Source of the DNA: Candidatus Gottesmanbacteria bacterium RBG_16_52_11 | GTDB taxonomy: Bacteria; Patescibacteriota; Microgenomatia; UBA10105; UBA927 | NCBI GenBank assembly: GCA_001779095.1 | Contig: MFJD01000004.1 | Span: 116,876 to 167,329 of the forward strand | Reading direction: 5' to 3' | Length of the DNA: 50,454 bases | Part shown: piece by piece, positions 27,238 to 36,484 of the stretch | Layout of the letters: each line of letters starts with the position of its first letter | Numbering within the stretch: position 1 is the stretch's first letter | The notes under the pieces: model-generated | Told to the model about the DNA's origin: nothing | Seen by the model: only the letters and a program-made list of their open reading frames with translations | The model's database searches: none | Position numbers and translations under genes: made by a program

Positions 27238-28926
27238 TTAATCAGTGGCTGCTCCGGCAACGCTGCCCAGATCCTCGGACCAAACTACGACAACGGATTT
27301 ATGTCCGGATGCGGTGTCCAGCGGAAACGGGCCTTCAATCTGCCAGCGGGGGTAATTATTATCAGATGCAATTTTCCCGAAACACGGATTATCCGTTGTC
27401 ATCAGGACTACTGAGCCGGAATAATCACAGTCCATGGCAGCAGCTGTTTCTGCCGTAAAACCCGACGCATAACCGTCCCAATAATATACCGCAGCATCTC
27501 CGAAATTGTCGGTTTTCACCAGTTGGGTAATATCAGCCGTCAGTACGAATTTCTGAGGCAGGATGCGCAGAAGCCGGGGGGACAGGTCACGGACCGCCAT
27601 TGCCAGTTCGGACTGGCCGGTTGTCTTCTGATCCATATATAACCGGTACTGACGGATAATACCTGAAACAATAAGGGGAATCAGCAACGCAGCCAAAATG
27701 TGCCGCTTGACCGGCAGATGACGGACAGCCGCCGTAAAAAGCAGGACGAAAAACGGTATCGAGACGGTCGACCGCTTCAGCATATAATCGACAGCCGCTC
27801 CGCCGGCATACCCCTGCATCATCATCCCGGCCATAAGCGTTCCCCAGATCCAGACCGCGCAGACAGCCCCCATCCAGCCGTTGCCGCCGACAAGGGAATA
27901 AACCAGGATGCCCAGAAATATCCATCCGAAGAATCCAACAGTCCAGGGAACACCGTACGGAGTGATCAGAAAATGGTTTAAAACGTTACCGGAGGTGACA
28001 AGTACCGTCTGAATTGCCGGTAAAAGCGGTTCACCGTCGCCGGCAATGCGGATATCAGTCCGATATCTCAGGCTGAGCAGTAATCCGGCCAAAAAAAGTA
28101 CAATAAACGCCATCGGAACCAAAGCCGAAGGTTGCCCCCGGATTCCCCGGCGGAAAGCATCAGTTAACAGGTACACGGTCAGAAGTCCGCATAAAGCCAG
28201 TCCGGGCGTGTACATGAAGGCCAGTGTGTACGCCAGCATGCCGATGAGTGCCGGATAAATTATATTTTTTGTTGTCTCCGACCGGAGAACCAGTCCTGCT
28301 CCCAGGAGTGCCAGCGCGGAAGGATATGCTGCCTGTTCGAAATTGAATACCACCCACCCCAATACCGGAAATAACCAGGGAGTCAGAACGGCCGATGCGG
28401 TCAGGATATCGCGGGCCGGATGATCCGCGAGCCACCGGTACAGGCCGTAGGCAAATACCGGCAGGCCGATCAGGAAGTAGACCGCGTTACCCGCCTGGAG
28501 GGAAAAAACGCTGCGTCCGAACAGCAGGGTAGGCAGTGCCGGGATAAAGTACTGCTTGGCCGGGTAACCATAGAGGCAGGTGCCGGCGTATGCGTTCCCT
28601 TTGCCTTTAAGCAGTGATACGGCGCAGGCGATCTCATGCGTCGATTCGAAACTCATAAACTGCGCCCGGGTACTCAGGTACAGTATTGTTGCCAGTGAGA
28701 TAAGTACGGCAACCGCGGAAAGAACTGCTTTCCCGCGCCCGGCATCACAAGTCAAACGGATCAGTAACATGCCTGACGATACTGCGAAAACCAGCCAAGC
28801 ACATACCCAGGCTAGTACGCCGACCGTGCCGTATGCCGGGCTTCCGATGACGGCAATGTCGGCTGCTACCATTAAGGCAGTAAGACTTACCAGGCCGGCA
28901 GGCAATAGACGTGTCAACCGTTTCAT
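27238..28926 (-). CDS. Polytopic membrane protein, unclassified GT-C-like
   Basis: The track ORF begins at a TTG at 28944; I prefer the ATG at 28926 (MKRLTRLL...). It has about 13 TM helices and a C-terminal soluble domain. Confidence 0.6.
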   Translation of the reverse strand: MKRLTRLLPAGLVSLTALMVAADIAVIGSPAYGTVGVLAWVCAWLVFAVSSGMLLIRLTCDAGRGKAVLSAVAVLISLATILYLSTRAQFMSFESTHEIACAVSLLKGKGNAYAGTCLYGYPAKQYFIPALPTLLFGRSVFSLQAGNAVYFLIGLPVFAYGLYRWLADHPARDILTASAVLTPWLFPVLGWVVFNFEQAAYPSALALLGAGLVLRSETTKNIIYPALIGMLAYTLAFMYTPGLALCGLLTVYLLTDAFRRGIRGQPSALVPMAFIVLFLAGLLLSLRYRTDIRIAGDGEPLLPAIQTVLVTSGNVLNHFLITPYGVPWTVGFFGWIFLGILVYSLVGGNGWMGAVCAVWIWGTLMAGMMMQGYAGGAAVDYMLKRSTVSIPFFVLLFTAAVRHLPVKRHILAALLIPLIVSGIIRQYRLYMDQKTTGQSELAMAVRDLSPRLLRILPQKFVLTADITQLVKTDNFGDAAVYYWDGYASGFTAETAAAMDCDYSGSVVLMTTDNPCFGKIASDNNYPRWQIEGPFPLDTASGHKSVVVVWSEDLGSVAGAATD

Positions 28927-28995
28927 GTGATTTGCCGCAATCAATTATCAGAAACATTGTAGCACCGGGGATACCCCGGCTATAATGCTAACCAT

Positions 28996-31314
28996 ATGGG
29001 ACCGGACATCGCCGCTATCGTCAGATTCTGGGGTGTCCTGTTTGCCGTCGGCGCAGCCGCTTATCCGCTGACCCGCCGCCTGTTTCCGGCCTGGCAGACC
29101 CGGGGTTACCTTCTGGCCAAGGCAGTCGGGCTGGTAACTATCTCCTTCATCGTGTGGACGGGTGCGCATTTCCGGATCATGCCGTTTACTACTGTCAGTG
29201 TCGTGATTGCAGCGGCAGCGGTATTTGCCGTGGGGGTAGCGGCCGGCCGCAGCCGCGGTAGTCTGAAGGGGCATAAGCCGTCTGTGCCGGTTGCAGTAAC
29301 TGCAGCGGCAATCATGCGGGAAGAAATGTTCTTTTTCCTGGCGTTTCTCACCTGGGCCCTGGTCAAGGGCCATGAACCCAGCATCCACGGGCTCGAGAAA
29401 TTCATGGATTTCGGTTTCGCCCGCACGATTTTAAACAGCACGTTCCTGCCGCCGCCCGACCTATGGTGGGCCGGGGGAACCATTAATTACTACTATTTCG
29501 GCCACTATGTCATGGCACTTCTCACGAAAGTTTCCGGCGTGCCGCTGGAGGTAACTTTCAATCTGATGCTGGCAGCGCTGTTTGCCTTCACTCTCACCAT
29601 GTCGTATGCCATAGCCATAATGATAGCCCGTACCGGATTCGCGGTCCGAGGTCAGGCAGATGAACATAAACACCGGCTTCCGGTTCTTCTGACCGGAGTA
29701 CTGGCAGCGCTTCTGGTAACGCTGGCCGGGAACATGCAGACCCTGTATGCATTCACGAAAGGGTATACCGGAGAGGACGTTAAACCGTTCTGGGAATTAT
29801 TATGGACCCCGGCGGAATTTCCGGAGCGCCTGACCGAGGGCCTTGACCGGTACTGGTATGCCAACGCCACCAGGTTCATTCCTTTCACCATCCACGAATT
29901 TCCCAGTTATTCATTCGTGGTTTCCGATATTCACGGCCACGTACTATCACTGCCGTTTGTCCTTTTGGCAATTGCCTTCATCATCCAGATGTTTGCCGTC
30001 AGGGATTACGGCGGCAGGGAGGACGGAGTGAGCTGGGAACGGCCGTTTGTCTACGGAATACTGGTTGCCGTCCTGTTCATGACCAATGCGCTGGACGGAC
30101 TGATATATTTCGGACTTTTTGTGACAGGCGCCCTGTTTATCCCCGGTAACGGTAAATTCCGGCTGAAACAAATCGGCGCCACAATCGCGCCGGCACTGGT
30201 TGCCATACCGGCTGTCTGGCCGTTTCTGAATAATTTCTCGTCTTTCGTATCCGGACTGGCTGTCAACTGCCCGCCGGCCATACTGGCCAACCGGAAAATC
30301 GGTCCGTTCCTGTTCGAAACCGTTGATAAGTGCCAGAAATCTCCGGTCTGGATGATGTGGCTTTTGTGGGGGTTTTTCATATTCTGCGCCGTCTCGCTTT
30401 TCCTTCCCGCACTGAAACAACTGATTCCCGGCTGGTTCGGCAGAAACCGCAGTCCGGCCGGCCGGCAGACGCACGGAAATGTCATGGATAAACTGTTGGC
30501 GCTGATTTTCCTGTACTGCCTGGGCCTGATCATTTTCCCGGAGTTTTTTTATTTCAAGGATATTTATCCGGCTCATTTCCGCAGCAACACCATGTTCAAA
30601 CTGGGTTACCAGGCCTTCATCATGTTTTCGCTGATTAGCTCATATGCCATCAGCACGGTTATTTTCAACAAAGGTATAGCCAGGTCTTCCGGGAAGAAGA
30701 TCGGACGGGTGATTTTTGCGTGCCTCCTGATTCCGCAGCTGTTTCTGGTGTCCATTTATCCGTTATTCAGTGTCCGGTCATACTTCGACAGCCTGAAGAC
30801 CTGGCGGAGTCTGAACGGCTTCCGGTGGCTGCGGGAGGAATACCCGGATGATGCGGCAGGTATCGCCTGGCTGGAAGCACATGCGGAGGATGATATGCGG
30901 CGGGCAACCGTTAATCCGGACTGTTACATCTTCTCCGATGCCAGGACCATTCCGCGTCAGCTATGCAGCCGGACACTCCCTGTAGTTGCCGAGGCAGACG
31001 GCGACAGTTATACCGATTACGCCCGGGTGAGCGCATTTACCGGAGTGCCGACCGTAATCGGTTGGCCGGTGCATGAATGGTTGTGGCGGGGTTCGTATGA
31101 TATCGTTGCGCCGCGCCGGGAGGATGTCAGGGTGCTTTACGAAGATGACAGTCCAGCCAAGACGGCTGACGTGATCGCGCGGTATAATATCACCTACGTT
31201 TTCGTCGGCACCCTGGAACGGCAGAAATTCGAAAGACTGAACGAGGATAAATTCAGGCGCATCGGCCGGCAGGTATTCAGCCAGGGACAGACAGCCGTTT
31301 ATCAGATTCCGTAA
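28996..31314 (+). CDS. DUF2298 / 'Chlor_Arch_YYY' domain membrane protein (GT-C-like)
   Basis: 772 aa. EKFMDFGFARTILNSTFLPPPDLWWAGGTINYYYFGHY contains the YYY signature that names this family, which is found mostly in Chloroflexi and Archaea. Confidence 0.8.
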   Translation: MGPDIAAIVRFWGVLFAVGAAAYPLTRRLFPAWQTRGYLLAKAVGLVTISFIVWTGAHFRIMPFTTVSVVIAAAAVFAVGVAAGRSRGSLKGHKPSVPVAVTAAAIMREEMFFFLAFLTWALVKGHEPSIHGLEKFMDFGFARTILNSTFLPPPDLWWAGGTINYYYFGHYVMALLTKVSGVPLEVTFNLMLAALFAFTLTMSYAIAIMIARTGFAVRGQADEHKHRLPVLLTGVLAALLVTLAGNMQTLYAFTKGYTGEDVKPFWELLWTPAEFPERLTEGLDRYWYANATRFIPFTIHEFPSYSFVVSDIHGHVLSLPFVLLAIAFIIQMFAVRDYGGREDGVSWERPFVYGILVAVLFMTNALDGLIYFGLFVTGALFIPGNGKFRLKQIGATIAPALVAIPAVWPFLNNFSSFVSGLAVNCPPAILANRKIGPFLFETVDKCQKSPVWMMWLLWGFFIFCAVSLFLPALKQLIPGWFGRNRSPAGRQTHGNVMDKLLALIFLYCLGLIIFPEFFYFKDIYPAHFRSNTMFKLGYQAFIMFSLISSYAISTVIFNKGIARSSGKKIGRVIFACLLIPQLFLVSIYPLFSVRSYFDSLKTWRSLNGFRWLREEYPDDAAGIAWLEAHAEDDMRRATVNPDCYIFSDARTIPRQLCSRTLPVVAEADGDSYTDYARVSAFTGVPTVIGWPVHEWLWRGSYDIVAPRREDVRVLYEDDSPAKTADVIARYNITYVFVGTLERQKFERLNEDKFRRIGRQVFSQGQTAVYQIP

Positions 31315-31334
31315 AATCCCGCCTGCGCCGCAGA

Positions 31335-31363
31335 TTGACAATCAGACTGTTTCGTGGTTTAAT
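31335..31363 (+). promoter_or_regulatory. Sigma70-like promoter with long leader upstream of rho
   Basis: TTGACA (31335-31340), a 17-nt spacer, then TTTAAT (31358-31363). This predicts a 5' UTR of about 150 nt, and AAAGGAG lies just before the ATG at 31520. Confidence 0.5.
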
Positions 31364-31519
31364 ACGCCTTAAGAGCGACAGAACCCTCTTTTTGAAAGCA
31401 TAACCTAAGGATTTTCCCGGAGAATTGCATTACATTTGACCCATGTGCAATCCATCGTAAACCCGTACGAAATTAAGCCGTGTACCGTGCCGGTTGGTAG
31501 TCCTGTAAAGGAGTAAACT

Positions 31520-33016
31520 ATGGCCTATCGCGCCTCAACAAAAAAAACAGCAGCCAAAAAGAAACCAGTTTCCGACCAGGGGGGAAGTGAGCCTGCAGCA
31601 GCCGAACCTAAGCAGACTGAGTCTTCCGTAAGTGTGGAGGATATCGTCGGTGGCCCGGTAACACCCGCGGCAGTCCCGGAACCCGTTGCCCCGGTTCAGA
31701 AGCAGCCCGTCCAGGAGCCCCGGCGCCCGGCAGCACCCGGAATGACGCCGGTACCGTTCCGGATGGGCAGGTATCACCGGATGCCGCGCAGGGATTTCGG
31801 GGACCGCCCCGGTAGGGAAAACGGAAACGGATTTACCCAGGATATCAATGTCCCGACCGAGACTGTCCGGGGAATTCTGGACATCATTCCGGAAGGACAC
31901 GGATTTCTGCGGCCGAAATTCACTCCGAGTGAGCGTGACGTATACATTTCCCAATCACAGATCCGGAGGTTTCTCCTGAGAAACGGTGACATGGTTGAAG
32001 GTCAGGCCAGGCAGCCGAAAGACAACGAGCGGTACTGGGGACTTCTCAAAGTCGAAAAGATTAACCAGCAGGAAGCCGAAAGCATGTCCGTCCGGCCGAA
32101 ATTCGAGGACCTGGTGCCGGTTTATCCCAACAAACAGATTGTCCTGGAGACGGAAAGCTTACCTTTGTCTACCCGGATCGTCGACCTGGTCGCACCGATC
32201 GGCTTCGGTCAGCGGGGATTGGTGGTCAGTCCGCCCAAAGCCGGCAAAACAACGATTCTCAAAGAACTGGCATCCGGTATATCCGCCAATTATCCCAACG
32301 TGCACCTGATGGCGGCACTGATCGGAGAACGTCCGGAAGAGGTAACCGATATCACCCGTAACGTCAAGGGGGAAGTTCTGGCCAGCAATTTCGACGAATC
32401 GCCGGCTGATCAGACCAGGATTGCGGAAGTGGCGCTGGACCGTGCGAAGCGGTTGGTGGAGATAGGGAAAGACGTCGTTATACTTCTGGATTCGATTACC
32501 AGGCTGGCCAGGGCTTATAATCTGGTGGTTAATCCGTCCGGCCGCACGCTATCCGGAGGATTTGATCCGGCTGCTCTGTACCCGGCCAAACGGTTTCTGG
32601 GAGCAGCCCGCTGCGTGGAGCCGGTTGCTGCCGGCACATCCGGATCGGCGCAGACAACCAAGCAGGAAGAACGTTATACCACCGGCGGTTCACTGACCGT
32701 CATCGGGACAGCCCTGATTGATACCGGAAGCCGGATGGATGACCTGATTTATGAGGAGTTTAAGGGTACCGGAAACATGGAGCTGCACCTGTCGAGGTCC
32801 CTTCAGGAGCGGCGGATTTTCCCCGCTATCGACGTGGAAAAGTCCGGCACCAGGCATGACGAGCTTTTATTGGGAGAGGAACCGATGAAGAGGGTAACGA
32901 CATTGCGGCACATGCTGTCTCTTCTATCAGCCGAAGAACGGACCATGATGATGATCGACCGGCTTTCGAAAACCAAGTCGAACGCCGAATTCCTCGAATC
33001 GCTTGCCAAAGGATAG
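31520..33016 (+). CDS. rho: Transcription termination factor Rho, atypical N-terminus
   Basis: The RNA-binding region (GHGFLR...[41 protein letters not shown]), Walker A (PPKAGKTT) and [28 protein letters not shown] are all present. Confidence 0.9.
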   Translation: [498 protein letters not shown]

Positions 33017-33081
33017 CTGTCCGTGCTGCCCCGGAAGTTTGCAAATGACCGGAGGCTCTGTTACCCTTTCTACTTGCTACG

Positions 33082-34149
33082 ATGAGGAAATGGCTTGCGA
33101 CAGTATTTGATGATATCCGGCTCTGGAGCAGGGGGTGGTACCTGTATGCAGAAAAAAAGCTCCGGCGGTTCGGAGTGGCATTTGAGAGCCAAAAATCCCT
33201 GCTGGTTGATTTCCTCATGGCCAGACGGGGCAGTTACCAGCGGCCGTTCCTCCATTTTTCCCTCGGCATCATATTCGTCGTCGGCGTCATGAGTGCGCCG
33301 CTTCTGACCAGTTCCCAGCCGAATGCCGCCAGCGAGTTTACTCCGCCTTCGGCGGTTCTGACGTCTCTCGATTTTTCCGAGTACGGCATCCAGACACAGA
33401 TTTCCGAAAAACCCCGCGATCAGGTGATTACATATGCCGTGCAACAGGGGGATACGCTCTCGGGAGTTGCCGAAAAATTCGGGATATCCGTCGACTCAGT
33501 CAAATGGGCGAACGATATCAACCGGGACGCACTGAAAGTCGGTCAGGAACTGAAAATCCCGCCGGTCACCGGAATCATCCACAAAGTCCGGGAAGGGGAG
33601 ACGGTTTATTCGATCGCCAAGAAATACAAGACCGATGCCCAGAAGATCGTCAACTTTCCGTTTAACGACTTTACCGACCTGGATACCTTTGCCTTAAGCG
33701 CCGGACAGACACTTGTCGTACCGGACGGAACGATCGCCGACGTGCCCTCACCGGTAGCCCAGGCCAGGCCGCCGGTCACGACCGGGGGGACAGGCCAGTT
33801 CCAGTGGCCGACCAACGGATCCGTATCCCAGTATCCGATCTGGTACCATATGGCCGTCGATATCGCCAACAACAGCGCTCCGCCGGTCGTAGCGGCAGAT
33901 TCCGGTACGGTCGTCGTGGTGCAGTACCTGCGGTACGGTTACGGATTCCATGTCATTATCGATCACGGCAACGGATTCCAGACGCTCTACGGGCATATGT
34001 CGGAAATTTACGTCGATCCGGGTGACGGCGTGAAGCGGGGCCAGATGATCGGTAAAATGGGATCGACCGGAAGGTCAACCGGCACTCATCTCCATTTCGA
34101 AGTCCGCAAAGGCGGTAGCGCTATAAATCCTTTAGGTTATTTAAAATAA
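33082..34149 (+). CDS. LysM domain-containing M23 family metallopeptidase
   Basis: An N-terminal TM helix, two LysM repeats (YAVQQGDTLSGVAEKFGISVDSVKWAN; HKVREGETVYSIAKKYKTDAQKI), and M23 motifs HMAVD (HxxxD) and GTHLHFEV (HxH). Confidence 0.9.
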   Translation: MRKWLATVFDDIRLWSRGWYLYAEKKLRRFGVAFESQKSLLVDFLMARRGSYQRPFLHFSLGIIFVVGVMSAPLLTSSQPNAASEFTPPSAVLTSLDFSEYGIQTQISEKPRDQVITYAVQQGDTLSGVAEKFGISVDSVKWANDINRDALKVGQELKIPPVTGIIHKVREGETVYSIAKKYKTDAQKIVNFPFNDFTDLDTFALSAGQTLVVPDGTIADVPSPVAQARPPVTTGGTGQFQWPTNGSVSQYPIWYHMAVDIANNSAPPVVAADSGTVVVVQYLRYGYGFHVIIDHGNGFQTLYGHMSEIYVDPGDGVKRGQMIGKMGSTGRSTGTHLHFEVRKGGSAINPLGYLK

Positions 34150-34237
34150 TTTGTCTCCCGTAATGCATTTATTATTCATTAAGACTCATAGTCTATCATA
34201 TATTGCACATGGGGTAGTTCTTTAGTACAGTATTAAT

Positions 34238-34966
34238 ATGCCCAGATACGCCGACTATTTAATAGAGCGTATTAGGTATTTAAGAATTAAAGGGAATTCG
34301 TATGGTGAAATCCAAAAGGCAGTGAGGATTCGTATTCCAAAGAGTTCTTTAAGCTATATTTGTCGGAATGTTCGGTTACCAGATGAATATATTGAACGTA
34401 TTCAGAAGTTAAGCAGTGCGGGTTTATCCAAAGGCAGACTAATTGCAGTAGAAACAAACCGGATCAAACGGGAAAAATTCTTCCGGGATTTAGTACAACA
34501 GTATGCTCCAACTGCTAAATTAACTCATTCTGTAGATATTGGGAAAATTGCCTTATCCATGCTTTGCCTGGGCGAAGCTTCGAAATATAATCCGAAAACG
34601 CGCAAAAGTTTTAGCTTGGGGAATTCAGATCCAAGAATTATTGTGATTTTTATCCGTCTGTTACGACAATGCTTTCCATTCGATATAAATAAAATGCGGG
34701 CCACAGTACAGTGCCGGGCTGACCAGGACCCGGTGGAGCTGAAAAGATTTTGGATTAAGTCAACCGGTATACCAGAACACCTATTTTATAAACCATTAAT
34801 CGATAATCGCACAATTGGAAAACCAACGAAGAAGCATAACTATATGGGGGTTCTACGGATAGATTATTTTGACACAAAGGTTCAGCTGGAATTGGAGTGT
34901 TTAGCGGATTTGATTTATAATCAACTACGTTTAAATGAATCAGATGGGCCGGTGGCGCAACGGTAG
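34238..34966 (+). CDS. AT-rich ORF: N-terminal HTH plus possible single-motif LAGLIDADG-type homing endonuclease domain
   Basis: 242 aa. An HTH-like stretch (GNSYGEIQKAVRIRIPKSSLSYI), a degenerate LAGLIDADG-like stretch (IALSMLCLGEASKYN), and then FSLGNSDPRIIVIFIRLLRQCFPF. The last 21 nt, including the stop codon, lie inside the tRNA-Ala gene. Confidence 0.4.
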   Translation: MPRYADYLIERIRYLRIKGNSYGEIQKAVRIRIPKSSLSYICRNVRLPDEYIERIQKLSSAGLSKGRLIAVETNRIKREKFFRDLVQQYAPTAKLTHSVDIGKIALSMLCLGEASKYNPKTRKSFSLGNSDPRIIVIFIRLLRQCFPFDINKMRATVQCRADQDPVELKRFWIKSTGIPEHLFYKPLIDNRTIGKPTKKHNYMGVLRIDYFDTKVQLELECLADLIYNQLRLNESDGPVAQR

Positions 34967-35017
34967 CGCGCCTCGATGGCATCGAGGAGGCTGAGAGTTC
35001 GAATCTCTTCCGGTCCA
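34946..35017 (+). tRNA. tRNA-Ala (anticodon GGC)
   Basis: Folded by hand. Acceptor stem GGGCCGG/CCGGTCC with the G3:U70 Ala identity pair; D stem GCGC/GCGC; anticodon stem CCTCG/CGAGG with loop ATGGCAT; T arm GAGAG-TTCGAAT-CTCTT; discriminator A. CCA is not encoded (CCG follows). Confidence 0.85.
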
Positions 35018-35057
35018 CCGCGTCAAATCCCACATACGGGACACGTGGTTAATTCGG

Positions 35058-35128
35058 GGGCCTATAGGTAAACGGTATACCGCAGTCTTCGCATGGCTGA
35101 GTTCCGAGTTCGATTCTCGGTAGGTCCA
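35058..35128 (+). tRNA. tRNA-Ala (anticodon CGC)
   Basis: Folded by hand. Acceptor stem GGGCCTA/TAGGTCC with G3:U70; D stem GGTA/TACC; anticodon stem CAGTC/GGCTG with loop TTCGCAT; T arm CCGAG-TTCGATT-CTCGG; discriminator A. CCA is not encoded. Confidence 0.85.
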
Positions 35129-35215
35129 CAACGTAAATCCCTTCGGCAAGCTCGGGACACGTTGCAAGCCAACGTAAATCCCTTCGGCAAGCTCGGGACA
35201 CATTGCAAGCCAACG
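35129..35215 (+). repeat. 41-bp tandem repeat (2.1 copies), each unit containing one ACGTAAATCCC...GGGACACGT hairpin
   Basis: Units at 35129-35169 and 35170-35210 differ at one position (acgttg versus acattg). A partial third unit, caacg, lies at 35211-35215. The array sits between tRNA-Ala and the 3' end of the convergent transporter gene. Confidence 0.8.
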
Positions 35216-35240
35216 CGTTAGAACCGGACGTTGTTTCCCC

Positions 35241-36371
35241 CTACACGTACACGTACCTGCGGTATTTTTTATTGCCGAAGAGAATAACGGGAAACAGGAG
35301 CATGGCCAGTCCTAAAAGGAAATATATGAAAAACGGTTTTCCTTCCCAGACAAAACTGGCCCAGGCGGCTCCCAAACCGATTACCCGTCCCAATGTCAGG
35401 ATCAGTTCCCGTCCGGGTATGGCTTTGGTCAGTTCTACGCCGCTGTCCACTACCATAGCCGTAGTCAGGGTCCAGAAAACCGGTAACAGGAACTGAACTG
35501 ACGCCGTCAGAATAAGCCAGGATGATACATCTCCGCCGCCGGCGGCAAACAGAAACGTCAGTGCCGAGAGGGCCATGGTAATAGGATAGAGAAAAACGGC
35601 GCGCTTACGCATCCGGTCGGTCACGGACCCCAGGGTCATGGTAGCGACAGCCCCGACCAGCGACAGGAAAGCCAGGTATGTACCGTAGCCGGCCGGTGAC
35701 CGGATAAAGTAGAGGGTATAGAAGGGAATAATCCCGAATACCAGAGTTTCCCAGATACCCTCAAGAAACAGGAGGGTCCGGATGGACCGGATTGACGCCA
35801 GACTTTCACGGACGGAATAGTCCAGCACAAAATCCCGCTGCCGGGGAATGAGAAATAGTACCGGCAGCAGAAATACCAGGGAAAATGCCCAGATATAATT
35901 CATCGAGACGCTGGCCAGAGCGCCGGCTAAAAGCGGCGCCAGCACGGAGATAATAGTATTGGAGGTGAACATCATCGCAGAATTGCGGCCGGTCTTTTCC
36001 GGGGTACCGGCCGAAAAATACCCGACGTTGAACGGTAGGAAAAAGAAGTAGGCTGTCGTGCCGGCAAGAACCGAAGCCAGGTAAAACTGCCATGACGAAG
36101 TAATCCGGATGATAAGCATCAGGGACAGCATCGAGACGAGCGTAGCCAGAAGATAAGAACTCCGGGACCGCAGGCGGGTGAAAACAGTGAGGAGGGCGAT
36201 CTGTCCGGCGAAGTAGAAGGTCAAACCACCCATCATATCCGACAGGGTTATCCCCTGAGCAAGGTAATGGGTCGGCAGGATGGCACCTGAGAAAGTCCTC
36301 AACCACACGTAGGCGATAAGGAATACCAGAGGTCCGGTGACCGGATTATTACGCATGAAGAAATTGTACAC
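35241..36371 (-). CDS. MFS-like transporter (about 11-12 TM helices)
   Basis: 376 aa and uniformly hydrophobic, with short loops and basic loop residues. It has a GTG start at 36371; an alternative ATG lies at 36356. The family call is by general appearance only. Confidence 0.55.
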   Translation of the reverse strand: MYNFFMRNNPVTGPLVFLIAYVWLRTFSGAILPTHYLAQGITLSDMMGGLTFYFAGQIALLTVFTRLRSRSSYLLATLVSMLSLMLIIRITSSWQFYLASVLAGTTAYFFFLPFNVGYFSAGTPEKTGRNSAMMFTSNTIISVLAPLLAGALASVSMNYIWAFSLVFLLPVLFLIPRQRDFVLDYSVRESLASIRSIRTLLFLEGIWETLVFGIIPFYTLYFIRSPAGYGTYLAFLSLVGAVATMTLGSVTDRMRKRAVFLYPITMALSALTFLFAAGGGDVSSWLILTASVQFLLPVFWTLTTAMVVDSGVELTKAIPGRELILTLGRVIGLGAAWASFVWEGKPFFIYFLLGLAMLLFPVILFGNKKYRRYVYV

Positions 36372-36484
36372 GTGTCCTGCCGGCTGCCGCCAGAGCCGGT
36401 TTGACAGCGGTCAGCAATTCGGGATAATCCGTCAGACACTAAAAAGAAGCCCGTCAGTCAGCTCTCGTAAACCAACCGGCTTCT

